Assembly: GCA_028693335.1 (NCBI GenBank)
Contig: JAQUVR010000027.1
Span: forward strand, 1 to 7,884
Origin: Candidatus Iainarchaeum sp.
GTDB taxonomy: Archaea; Iainarchaeota; Iainarchaeia; Iainarchaeales; CSSED10-239
DNA: 7,884 nucleotides
Reading direction: 5' to 3'
Shown: piece by piece, positions 1 through 6,610 of the stretch
Position numbering within the stretch: position 1 is the stretch's first letter
Layout of the letters: each line of letters begins with the position of its first letter
The notes under the pieces: generated by a model
What the model was told of the DNA's origin: nothing
Seen by the model: only the letters and a program-made list of their open reading frames with translations
Databases searched by the model: none
Position numbers and translations under genes: made by a program

Positions 1-1
1 T

Positions 2-430
2 TTAGTTGTTGTTTCTGTGATAATTATTTTAATAATTTTAAATATAAATAAAAAGCTTGCAAATGAAAAATTATCACAAGCAGTTGGAATTGTAGATGTT
101 ACAAAAAATATATCAAGAGAAAGTCATAACTTTGTAGTAACAAATTTAACTGGTAAAAAGGTAATTATAAAAAACATGAGTTCTAGTTATAGTCCAACAA
201 TAACCGGTTATATAATAAGTAGTACAAAAGATCAATTTCCTTATAATTGTATAATAACATTAGAAGAAAGCTTAACAATTCCGTCTAGTAGTATAATGCC
301 ACTAGAAATAGAATGTGTTCCTAAGCCAGAAGGAACTAGAAATTTTAAATTAAGCTTAATTACAGAAGAAAGCACCTTTATAAATCTCTTTGTTCCAGCA
401 AATCCAAGTGCAGAAAATTGTGATGAATAG
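2..430 (+). CDS. Archaeal pilin-like (class III signal peptide type) surface protein, 5'-partial; true start lies upstream of the window
   Basis: The frame is open from the first bases of the window (codons from nt 2 read LVVVSVIIILIIL...). The GTG at 17 used by the ORF track therefore sits inside a hydrophobic helix and is unlikely to be the start. The helix resembles LIVVSVIIIVVVL of the gene at 6464. The following Asn/Ser/Thr-rich segment (NFVVTNLTGKKVII ... ITLEESLTIPSSS) parallels 6611-6895 (KLTFRNSSNQNIVVL ... LLEESILVNNGG). N-x-S/T sequons are present (NIS, NLT, NMS). TAG stop at 428-430. Confidence 0.6.
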   Translation, partial: LVVVSVIIILIILNINKKLANEKLSQAVGIVDVTKNISRESHNFVVTNLTGKKVIIKNMSSSYSPTITGYIISSTKDQFPYNCIITLEESLTIPSSSIMPLEIECVPKPEGTRNFKLSLITEESTFINLFVPANPSAENCDE

Positions 431-442
431 GAAATAATAATG

Positions 443-451
443 TTTATAAAT
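443..451 (+). promoter_or_regulatory. Candidate archaeal TATA box upstream of the thioredoxin-like gene
   Basis: TTTATAAAT lies about 55 nt upstream of the ATG at 505. That would give a ~30-nt leader containing the SD-like AGAGGT. TATA-like strings are common by chance in DNA this AT-rich. Confidence 0.25.
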
Positions 452-490
452 CAAAGCATCTTTTATTCTTTTAAGTTAATACAAAAAACA

Positions 491-496
491 AGAGGT
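491..496 (+). promoter_or_regulatory. Shine-Dalgarno-like ribosome binding site
   Basis: AGAGGT (core GAGGT, complementary to the conserved 16S 3' end) with 8-nt spacing to the ATG at 505. Confidence 0.4.
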
Positions 497-504
497 TATA
501 GAAG

Positions 505-837
505 ATGTCAGTTATATTAGTAAATAGACATAATTTTGAAGAAGAAGTAATTGAAAGTGATATACCAGTAGTTGTTGATTTTTGGGAAAAGAGTTCAAAT
601 CAATGTAGGTTATTAAATCCTATTTTTGAAGAAGTTAGTCTTGAAAAAGAATACAGAAATAAAATAAAGTTTGTAAAAATAAACAGTGAAGAAAATAAAC
701 CAATTTCTACAAAATATAATGTAGAAGATGTCCCTTGTGTTGTTGTATTTGTTAAAGGAAAAGAAATTGGAAGAATTCCTGGTTTTGAACCAAAATCAGT
801 TTTACAACAAAAACTAAACTATATTTTAAGAATTTAG
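505..837 (+). CDS. Thioredoxin-fold protein with a degenerate (SNQC) active site
   Basis: 110-aa ORF with an SD-like site upstream and an oligo-T tract right after the stop. Thioredoxin landmarks by eye: VVVDFW-x6-C-RLLNPIFEE (compare VDFWAEWCGPCKxxAPxxEE), KFVKIN, and the cis-Pro loop VPCVVVF followed by GKEIGR. The active-site position reads S31-N32-Q33-C34 (595-606) instead of C-G-P-C. Confidence 0.8.
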   Translation: MSVILVNRHNFEEEVIESDIPVVVDFWEKSSNQCRLLNPIFEEVSLEKEYRNKIKFVKINSEENKPISTKYNVEDVPCVVVFVKGKEIGRIPGFEPKSVLQQKLNYILRI

Positions 838-857
838 TTTTTTTCTATTTTTTTTTT
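838..857 (+). terminator. Oligo-T tract, candidate archaeal intrinsic terminator
   Basis: T7-C-T-A-T10 immediately follows the TAG stop of the thioredoxin-like gene. Archaeal RNA polymerase terminates at oligo-T runs. Confidence 0.45.
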
Positions 858-907
858 AAATAAATAAAAGTTATACCTTTTTATTTAGTTTGGAACATAT
901 AATATAT

Positions 908-1171
908 ATGATCAAATCAAAAAAGAGATCAAAATTAGAAAAAATATTATCAAAAGAATGGTATTTAGATCTTTTTTCTTGGAAATATATTAATGATCAT
1001 CTATTAAGTAGCACATTTATTTATGTGGTTTTAATAATTATTATCTATGCCCTAGTTATGGAAATAACTAAATTTAATAAAATAAATTTTTTAATATTTT
1101 TATTAAAGGCGATCTTTATGATATTAATTTTAATATATGTAAAACATTTTGGTGAAATTACAAAAAAATGA
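908..1171 (+). CDS. Small hypothetical membrane protein (2 predicted TM helices)
   Basis: The frame is open over 890-1171 (TTG start in the ORF track). The first ATG at 908 gives MIKSKKRSKLEK... (87 aa). A basic N-terminus is followed by two hydrophobic stretches (FIYVVLIIIIYALV and INFLIFLLKAIFMILILIYV). The TGA stop lies 6 nt before the gltX ATG. I recognise no family. Confidence 0.5.
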   Translation: MIKSKKRSKLEKILSKEWYLDLFSWKYINDHLLSSTFIYVVLIIIIYALVMEITKFNKINFLIFLLKAIFMILILIYVKHFGEITKK

Positions 1172-1177
1172 TATTTT

Positions 1178-2881
1178 ATGGATAATCAATTAGAATTAAA
1201 AAAAATAGTTTTAGAAAATGCAGTTAAGTATAATGGTAAAGCAGATCAAAAAAGTGTTTTTGCAGTAATTCTTGGACAGATTCCTGAATATCGAACAAAA
1301 ATTAAAGAACTTCAAGAAATCTTGCCAAAAATGATCTTAGAGATCAATAATTTAAATATTGATTTACAAAAAGAAGAATTGTTAAAATTAAATCCAGATT
1401 TTTTCAATAAAACTGAAGAAAAAAAAGAAAGAAATATTTTTAATTTTTTAAATATAAAAAAAGATCAAAAAATAATTAGTTGTTTTCCGCCAGGCCCAGA
1501 AAAATATTTTCATATTGGTCATTCAAAAGCAATTTTTTTAAATTATTTACTTGCAGAAGAATATGGTGGAGAATTTTATTTAAGATTTGAAGACACAAAC
1601 CCAAAATTAGTAAAACCAGAATTTTATGAAATAATGCAAGAAGATATTTCTTGGCTTGGAATTACTCCAAAAAAAGTTGTTTATGCTTCAGATTATATAG
1701 ATCTCTTAAAAGAAATGGCAATAAAGTTAATTAAAAAAGATAAAGCATATGTTTGTTTTTGTGATAGTGAAACAATTAGTAAAAACAGAGAAGAAAAGAT
1801 GTGCTGTTCTTGTAGAAATAATAACATAGAAGAAAATTTAAAAAATTTTGCTGATATGGAAAAATTTCCAGAAGGAAAAGCAACCTTAAGATTAAAAATA
1901 GACCTTTCTCATAAAAACACCAGAATGAGAGATCCATCCATTTTTAGAGTAATTGATACAGAGCACCCAAGAATTGGAAATAAACATAGAAATTATCCAA
2001 CATATGATTTTCAAAATGCAGTGTTAGATGGATATTTTAATACCACTCACAGATTTAGAACTGTAGAATTTGAAATGGCTAGTGAATTGCATCATTATAT
2101 TAGAAAAGAACTTGGTCTATTTGACACATATACCTATGAATTTGCAAGATTTAATTTAAAAGGAATGGAGTCCTCTGGAAGAGTGATAAGAGAAAAAGTA
2201 AACTCCGGAGAATTGATTGGATGGGATGATCCATCACTACCAACATTAAGAGCATTAAAGAGAAGAGGTTTTACCCCAGACGCCATAAAACAATTAGTAA
2301 TAGAATCAGGTATTACTAAAAATAGTGGAACAGAGATAACTTGGGACACATTAATTAAATATAATAAAAGAGTACTTAATGATAGTTCTAAAAGATACTT
2401 CTTTATAAAAGATCCAATAGAAATAGAAGTTATTAATGATCCAAAACAAAAATATTCTTTAAAAATACATCCAAATTTAGATCTTGGTATTAGAAATTTT
2501 ATTTCCAATGGCAGATATTATCTAGAAAAAGAAGATGTTGATCAATTTAAGGAAAATGACTTAATAAGATTAATGGATAATATTAATTTTAGATATTTAA
2601 AAAATAATTATGAATATGTAAGTACAGATTATCTTGATTTTAAAAAAGAAAATTCACAAAATAAAAAAATAATTCATTTTTTACCAGCAGATGATTCTCA
2701 ATTAATAACTGTAACAATATTTACCCCAGATCATAAATTAATCAAAGGAATTGCAGAAAAGAATATTGAAAATCTAATAATCGGAGATATTATTCAGTTT
2801 GAGAGATTTGGTTTTTGTAGATTAGATTCTATAACCGAAGAAAATAAAAATAAGGTTTATAATTTTTGGTTCACCCATTAA
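1178..2881 (+). CDS. gltX: Glutamyl-tRNA synthetase, archaeal type
   Basis: 567-aa ORF. Motifs seen: class I HIGH signature FHIGH (1508-1522); YLRFEDTNP; Cys knuckle CFC-x13-CCSC; GWDDPSLPTLRALKRRG; C-terminal QFERFGFCRLD. The ~100-aa N-terminal extension (LENAVKYNGKADQKSV...PEYR) and the overall colinearity match archaeal GluRS as I remember it (e.g. the Methanothermobacter enzyme). Confidence 0.95.
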   Translation: MDNQLELKKIVLENAVKYNGKADQKSVFAVILGQIPEYRTKIKELQEILPKMILEINNLNIDLQKEELLKLNPDFFNKTEEKKERNIFNFLNIKKDQKIISCFPPGPEKYFHIGHSKAIFLNYLLAEEYGGEFYLRFEDTNPKLVKPEFYEIMQEDISWLGITPKKVVYASDYIDLLKEMAIKLIKKDKAYVCFCDSETISKNREEKMCCSCRNNNIEENLKNFADMEKFPEGKATLRLKIDLSHKNTRMRDPSIFRVIDTEHPRIGNKHRNYPTYDFQNAVLDGYFNTTHRFRTVEFEMASELHHYIRKELGLFDTYTYEFARFNLKGMESSGRVIREKVNSGELIGWDDPSLPTLRALKRRGFTPDAIKQLVIESGITKNSGTEITWDTLIKYNKRVLNDSSKRYFFIKDPIEIEVINDPKQKYSLKIHPNLDLGIRNFISNGRYYLEKEDVDQFKENDLIRLMDNINFRYLKNNYEYVSTDYLDFKKENSQNKKIIHFLPADDSQLITVTIFTPDHKLIKGIAEKNIENLIIGDIIQFERFGFCRLDSITEENKNKVYNFWFTH

Positions 2882-2906
2882 AAATGATCAAATAAAAATT
2901 AGCATA

Positions 2907-2914
2907 AAGGAGAG
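2907..2914 (+). promoter_or_regulatory. Shine-Dalgarno-like ribosome binding site
   Basis: AAGGAGAG (core AGGAG) about 10 nt upstream of the ATG at 2923. There is no T-tract between gltX and this gene, so co-transcription with gltX is plausible. Confidence 0.45.
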
Positions 2915-2922
2915 CAAATAAA

Positions 2923-3486
2923 ATGATTCAAAAAATAACTAATGATGTATATAAAATAACTTTATCATCAAATATCTATTGTATAATTTCTGAAAAACTA
3001 TTAATAGATACAGGAAATTATTTAGATAAAAATCTTGTTGAAAAAGAGTTAAGTCAAATAATTGATTTAAGTGAAATAAAAAAAGTAATATTTACTCACC
3101 TTCATTTTGATCATATAGGAAACTTTAATTTATTTCCTAATGCTAAATTTTATGTAAGCAATCAAGAACTATTGGATTTTAAAAAAAATAAATATGAAGC
3201 AATTTTAAATCCAGTAATTGCTAAAAAATTTAATGCAAATTTATTTGATGTTTTTAGAATGAAATTACCTGCAAATTATAAAATAATTGCAACACCTGGT
3301 CACACTAGAGGCAGTATTGCAATTTACGATTCAAAGAATAAAATATTATTTTCAGGAGATACATTGTTTTTTGATGGATTTGGTAGAGTTGATATGCCAA
3401 CATCAGACCCAAAGAAAATGGAAAAATCTTTAATGCTTTTAGAAGATCTTGATTTTGAGATTCTGTGTCCTGGGCATGATTATTAA
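2923..3486 (+). CDS. Metallo-beta-lactamase (MBL) fold hydrolase
   Basis: 187-aa ORF with the full MBL ligand set: THLHFDHIGN (HxHxDH), TPGHTRGS (His), SGDTLF (Asp), CPGHDY (terminal His). Substrate unknown. Confidence 0.85.
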   Translation: MIQKITNDVYKITLSSNIYCIISEKLLIDTGNYLDKNLVEKELSQIIDLSEIKKVIFTHLHFDHIGNFNLFPNAKFYVSNQELLDFKKNKYEAILNPVIAKKFNANLFDVFRMKLPANYKIIATPGHTRGSIAIYDSKNKILFSGDTLFFDGFGRVDMPTSDPKKMEKSLMLLEDLDFEILCPGHDY

Positions 3487-3529
3487 TAATGAAAGAAAAT
3501 ATCATATTAATAAATCAGTAAAATAGATA

Positions 3530-3552
3530 TTTATTTTTTCCATTCTTTTTTT
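3530..3552 (+). terminator. Oligo-T tracts, candidate terminator in a convergent intergenic region
   Basis: TTTATTTTTT (3530-3539) and T7 (3546-3552) lie downstream of the MBL stop, in the gap between the convergent MBL and HAD genes. Confidence 0.4.
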
Positions 3553-3611
3553 CTATAAAAATATTTGTTGGTCTGTTAAAATCAGAATTGCCAAGATTTT
3601 AATAATAATTT

Positions 3612-4247
3612 TTATTTAATAATAATTTTAAACTTTTTTAGATCTTTTTTTAATTTCTCATAATCGCCAGTAAACTCAATAGCATTTATTCCCATATTTA
3701 TTGCAGGATAGACATCATCTAAAGGATTATCTCCAATCATTATCATCTCTTCTGGTTTTACTTTTGATCTCTTTAACATTTCTTCATAGATCTTTGGATC
3801 TGGTTTAATGGTTTTAACATCAAATGAAAATAAAGGATAATCTATGTAATTAAAGAGATCTGTTTTTTTCTTAACATTTTTTATAACAAAAACAGAGCTA
3901 TTAGAGATTAATCCTGTTTTTATGTTTAGATCTTTTATTTGTTTTAATAAAGAAATAGTAAAATCATATAACACAACATTATACTCAGAATCCTCTCTAA
4001 TTTTTATTGCTTTCATGACATTAGAAAATGTTGGTTTAATTTTAAAATGTAATAAAAATTTGGAATATGCTTCAAATTCATTACTCCATTCTTTTGTTTG
4101 AATAATACTTTCAAAAGCTTTAACCACTTTTTTATGATCTTCCTTAATATTAAAAGCAATCTCTAATTCTCTAACAGAACTGGTTAAAGGAGATTTTTTT
4201 CTTGTTGCAAGAGTATTCCAAAGATCAAAACATATTAATTTTATCAT
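3612..4247 (-). CDS. HAD-superfamily hydrolase (subfamily IA-like), motif I variant D-x-W-x-T
   Basis: 211-aa ORF on the - strand. HAD motifs: motif I FDLWNTL (residues 7-13), motif II LISNSS, conserved Lys in KPDPKIY, motif IV IGDNPLDDV. Confidence 0.85.
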   Translation of the reverse strand: MIKLICFDLWNTLATRKKSPLTSSVRELEIAFNIKEDHKKVVKAFESIIQTKEWSNEFEAYSKFLLHFKIKPTFSNVMKAIKIREDSEYNVVLYDFTISLLKQIKDLNIKTGLISNSSVFVIKNVKKKTDLFNYIDYPLFSFDVKTIKPDPKIYEEMLKRSKVKPEEMIMIGDNPLDDVYPAINMGINAIEFTGDYEKLKKDLKKFKIIIK

Positions 4248-4330
4248 TTTATCACAGTTTTATTATTAATTTGTAAAACAATACAATTAAAATGATTATT
4301 TTCTTCAACTATTTTTATAGTGAGTAAAAT

Positions 4331-4906
4331 ATGGATCTAAAATATACACAAATAGATATATTAAATAAAAAACAGTTTAATGATTTTTTAAAAAATGAAG
4401 AATTACTTTTTCAATTGTATACCTTATATTCAGAAAAAGACAGATCTGGTTTTTCTTTGGTACATAAATCATTTGAAGAATTCAGATTAGGTTATCAAGA
4501 ATATAAAAACACTCACACACATCTTTTTTTAGTATTTGATGGTAAAGACCTTGTTGGTGCAATAACTAGTCATAGAGAAGATAGAAACACAGCTTATATT
4601 TCTAGATTTGCGGTTAGAACAAAATATCAAGGTAATGACATTGGAAGAATTTTAATGATTAAAGCATATGGTTCTCTTTTAAAAAAATTTAAATATAAGC
4701 AAATAGAGATGACTGCAAGAGCAGGAGCACAAATAATTAATAAACTTCTTTGTGGGGTTACAAAAATTGGTCTTAAAAAAAGACAATTTAATGGAGAATA
4801 TAGATATAGCTTAAATCCAAAAACAACAGTTAAAGACAATAAATCAGAATATGTAACCATAAAACTAAAAAAACAAACTCCAAAAATAAAACCCAAAGTT
4901 ATTTAG
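4331..4906 (+). CDS. GNAT-family N-acetyltransferase
   Basis: 191-aa ORF. GNAT motif A is ISRFAVRTKYQGNDIGRILM, with the acetyl-CoA loop Q-x-x-G-x-G-like YQGNDIG. Lys-rich C-terminal tail KLKKQTPKIKPKVI. Substrate unknown. Confidence 0.75.
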   Translation: MDLKYTQIDILNKKQFNDFLKNEELLFQLYTLYSEKDRSGFSLVHKSFEEFRLGYQEYKNTHTHLFLVFDGKDLVGAITSHREDRNTAYISRFAVRTKYQGNDIGRILMIKAYGSLLKKFKYKQIEMTARAGAQIINKLLCGVTKIGLKKRQFNGEYRYSLNPKTTVKDNKSEYVTIKLKKQTPKIKPKVI

Positions 4907-4960
4907 TTAAAAATATCTTGTTTTCTTATTAGATTTGTTATTAAACATTTCTGTAATTTA

Positions 4961-4970
4961 TTTATAATAT
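4961..4970 (+). promoter_or_regulatory. Candidate archaeal TATA box upstream of disA
   Basis: TTTATAATAT is centred about 39 nt upstream of the ATG at 5004, implying a short leader. The AT-rich background makes chance matches likely. Confidence 0.25.
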
Positions 4971-5003
4971 TTAAAAAAACTAATTTTATAAGAAAGAATA
5001 TAT

Positions 5004-6161
5004 ATGCCCACAAAAATAAGAAAAGAGATATTAGAAAGTACTTGGCAAGAAGATCTACTTAGATTAATATATAGTGGGCAAATAGAAAATATTACAGAAA
5101 TATTACCATTAATTACCCCTGGAGAGAATATAAGAGCAGCTCTTGACAATATTTTAGATGGACAAACTGGCGCTATTATTATTCTTGGGACTAATGAAAA
5201 GTTAGATGATATTGTTAAAGGAGGCATGAAACTAGATGTTCCATTTACTCCAAGTAGATTATTTGAATTATCTAAAATGGATGGTGCAATAATTCTTTCA
5301 AATGATCTAAAAACTATTCTACATGCTAATGCTCATTTGATGCCAGATAGAGACGTTTCTTCAAAGGAAACTGGTATAAGACATAGAAGTTCTGAACAAA
5401 CAGCAAAACAAACAGGCTTACCTGTTATTACAATATCAAAAAGAAGAAATATTATTTCATTATTTTTTAAAGATCAAAAATATGTTTTGCAAGATCTAAG
5501 TCTATTAATTGTAAAAGCAAATCACGGAATTAACACTCTTAGAAGATATAGGGAAAGAGTTGATCAGGCATTAGATCAATTAACATACAATGAATTAAAT
5601 AACCAGTCTTCTCTTTCAGAAGATGCTATATCAATTATTCAAAAAATATTATATTTTTATGTACATAGTTTTGAATTAGATAACTTGATTATAGAACTTG
5701 GAAATCAAGGAAGAGAAGTTGTTCAAAGCATGTATGAATATGCATTTGGTTTAGATGATGTTTTGTCTTTGATATTACAAGACTATTGTGAGCCAGAAAT
5801 AAATAAAGAAGAAGCAGATATTTTAGTTAAAAAAATAAAACTATTAGATCTTAGAAAAATAACAGATCCTAAAAAAATATCCGAAATTTGCTCTATTCCT
5901 TTAGATATAATAGATCATAATCTTAATAATGAAATAATCTATAAATATCCAAGAGGATATAGGATATTATCATTAATACCAAAAGTAAAAAAGAAAACTA
6001 TTGAAAAAATAATATATAATAAGAAAAATATCTATAATATTCTAAACACAACACCAGAAGAAATGTCAAAAATTACAGATCAAGATATAAATTTTTCAAA
6101 TTATTTAAAAAGAAAGCTTGACGAATTGGTTGAAAAATCAATAGATTTTGTTGGGTTATAA
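5004..6161 (+). CDS. disA: DisA-type diadenylate cyclase (c-di-AMP synthase; DAC domain + helical linker + C-terminal HhH-like region)
   Basis: 385-aa ORF. The catalytic DGA (5280-5288) and RHR (5379-5387) motifs occur in the contexts ELSKMDGAIILS, ETGIRHRSSEQTAKQTG and ISKRRNIISLF. A long helical linker (LIVKANHGINTLRRYRE...) and a C-terminal PRGYRILSLIP segment follow. This is colinear with bacterial DisA (Thermotoga/Bacillus) as I recall them. Confidence 0.9.
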   Translation: MPTKIRKEILESTWQEDLLRLIYSGQIENITEILPLITPGENIRAALDNILDGQTGAIIILGTNEKLDDIVKGGMKLDVPFTPSRLFELSKMDGAIILSNDLKTILHANAHLMPDRDVSSKETGIRHRSSEQTAKQTGLPVITISKRRNIISLFFKDQKYVLQDLSLLIVKANHGINTLRRYRERVDQALDQLTYNELNNQSSLSEDAISIIQKILYFYVHSFELDNLIIELGNQGREVVQSMYEYAFGLDDVLSLILQDYCEPEINKEEADILVKKIKLLDLRKITDPKKISEICSIPLDIIDHNLNNEIIYKYPRGYRILSLIPKVKKKTIEKIIYNKKNIYNILNTTPEEMSKITDQDINFSNYLKRKLDELVEKSIDFVGL

Positions 6162-6166
6162 TTACC

Positions 6167-6176
6167 TTTATAAATA
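6167..6176 (+). promoter_or_regulatory. Candidate archaeal TATA box upstream of the 73-aa ORF
   Basis: TTTATAAATA sits just after the disA stop and about 45 nt before the ATG at 6221. A T6 run at 6188-6193 lies between them. Weak evidence in AT-rich DNA. Confidence 0.25.
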
Positions 6177-6220
6177 ATTTGGTTATCTTTTTTAATATAC
6201 TAACTATAGAGAAATAATTT

Positions 6221-6442
6221 ATGAAAAAAACAACTTTTCTGTTAATAATTGTTTTAATAATTATAATAATATTTTTTATTTTTGCAAACTACAAAACAAT
6301 TAAACAATCAGAAACAGAAATCTCTAAAGATATTTTAGAATATCAGAATGGGTTGATTAAAGCAAGTAATTTATCAACAGTAATTATTCTAGGAATCATT
6401 GTTGTTATATTTTTTATATTTTGGAAATTGTTTTTCAGATAG
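6221..6442 (+). CDS. Small hypothetical membrane protein (2 predicted TM helices)
   Basis: 73-aa ORF. MKKTT is followed by the hydrophobic FLLIIVLIIIIIFFIFA, a ~35-aa polar loop, then the hydrophobic VIILGIIVVIFFIFW. It lies 59 nt after disA and 21 nt before the pilin-like ATG at 6464. I recognise no family. Confidence 0.5.
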   Translation: MKKTTFLLIIVLIIIIIFFIFANYKTIKQSETEISKDILEYQNGLIKASNLSTVIILGIIVVIFFIFWKLFFR

Positions 6443-6463
6443 TTTTATTAAAAAAGATCAGAT

Positions 6464-6610
6464 ATGTTAAATAAAAAAGCAATAAGCCCAATTATTGCAT
6501 CAACTTTGTTAATCGTAGTTTCAGTAATTATTATTGTTGTTGTTTTAACTTTTGGAACAGATTTTACAAAAAAAGGAACAATACAAGTAGATAATGTCTT
6601 TGGAAATTAG
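6464..6610 (+). CDS. Archaeal class III (prepilin-type) signal peptide segment, 48 codons ending at an in-frame TAG; probably the 5' part of one gene with 6611-7884
   Basis: Hand codon walk: ATG at 6464, TAG at 6608-6610. MLNKKAISPIIASTLLIVVSVIIIVVVLTFG has a short basic n-region, an A-ISP motif and a ~20-residue hydrophobic helix. This is typical of archaeal prepilin/preflagellin-type N-termini. It is apparently too short to appear in the ORF track. Confidence 0.6.
   Translation: MLNKKAISPIIASTLLIVVSVIIIVVVLTFGTDFTKKGTIQVDNVFGN

Noticed and set aside
17-19. GTG start for the first ORF, as given in the track
   Set aside because: The frame is open back to nt 2, and the GTG lies in the middle of a hydrophobic helix. 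The gene almost certainly starts upstream of the window.
440-520. 26-codon ORF (MFINQSIFYSF...) in the gap before the thioredoxin-like gene, in frame with the upstream ORF across its TAG
   Set aside because: It is short, has no RBS, overlaps the promoter/SD and the start of the next gene, and ends at another TAG. I treat it as non-coding.
890-892. TTG start for the small TM ORF
   Set aside because: An ATG six codons downstream (908) is a more conventional start. Neither has a clear SD, so the choice remains uncertain.
2134-2508. 124-aa minus-strand ORF from the track
   Set aside because: It lies entirely antisense within the well-supported gltX CDS. The translation is low-complexity and hydrophobic, as expected from AT-rich antisense sequence, and has no motif.
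3305-3505. 66-aa minus-strand ORF from the track
   Set aside because: It is antisense to the 3' end of the MBL-fold gene, which has a complete motif set. It has no independent signals.
3568-3594. Imperfect hairpin TTGGTCTG ... CAGA-ATTG-CCAA in the convergent MBL/HAD intergenic region; possible small RNA or terminator stem
   Set aside because: It has only 4+4 base pairs with a 4-nt bulge. The oligo-T tracts alone explain termination, and there is no evidence for an RNA gene.
4627-4896. 89-aa minus-strand ORF from the track
   Set aside because: It is antisense within the GNAT CDS. Its Phe/Leu/Ile-rich translation is typical of the antisense strand of Lys/Asn-rich genes.
4958-5227. 89-aa minus-strand ORF overlapping the disA start
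   Set aside because: It overlaps the conserved N-terminal part of disA and its upstream region. It has no motif, so the plus-strand DisA reading is far better supported.
6608-6610. Genome-wide TAG reassignment or pyrrolysine as the explanation for the in-frame TAG
   Set aside because: Four other ORFs in the window terminate at TAG, and for the thioredoxin-like gene a T-tract terminator follows immediately. No pyl genes are visible. A local event (mutation, error or read-through) is more parsimonious, but it cannot be resolved without the genome and the reads.
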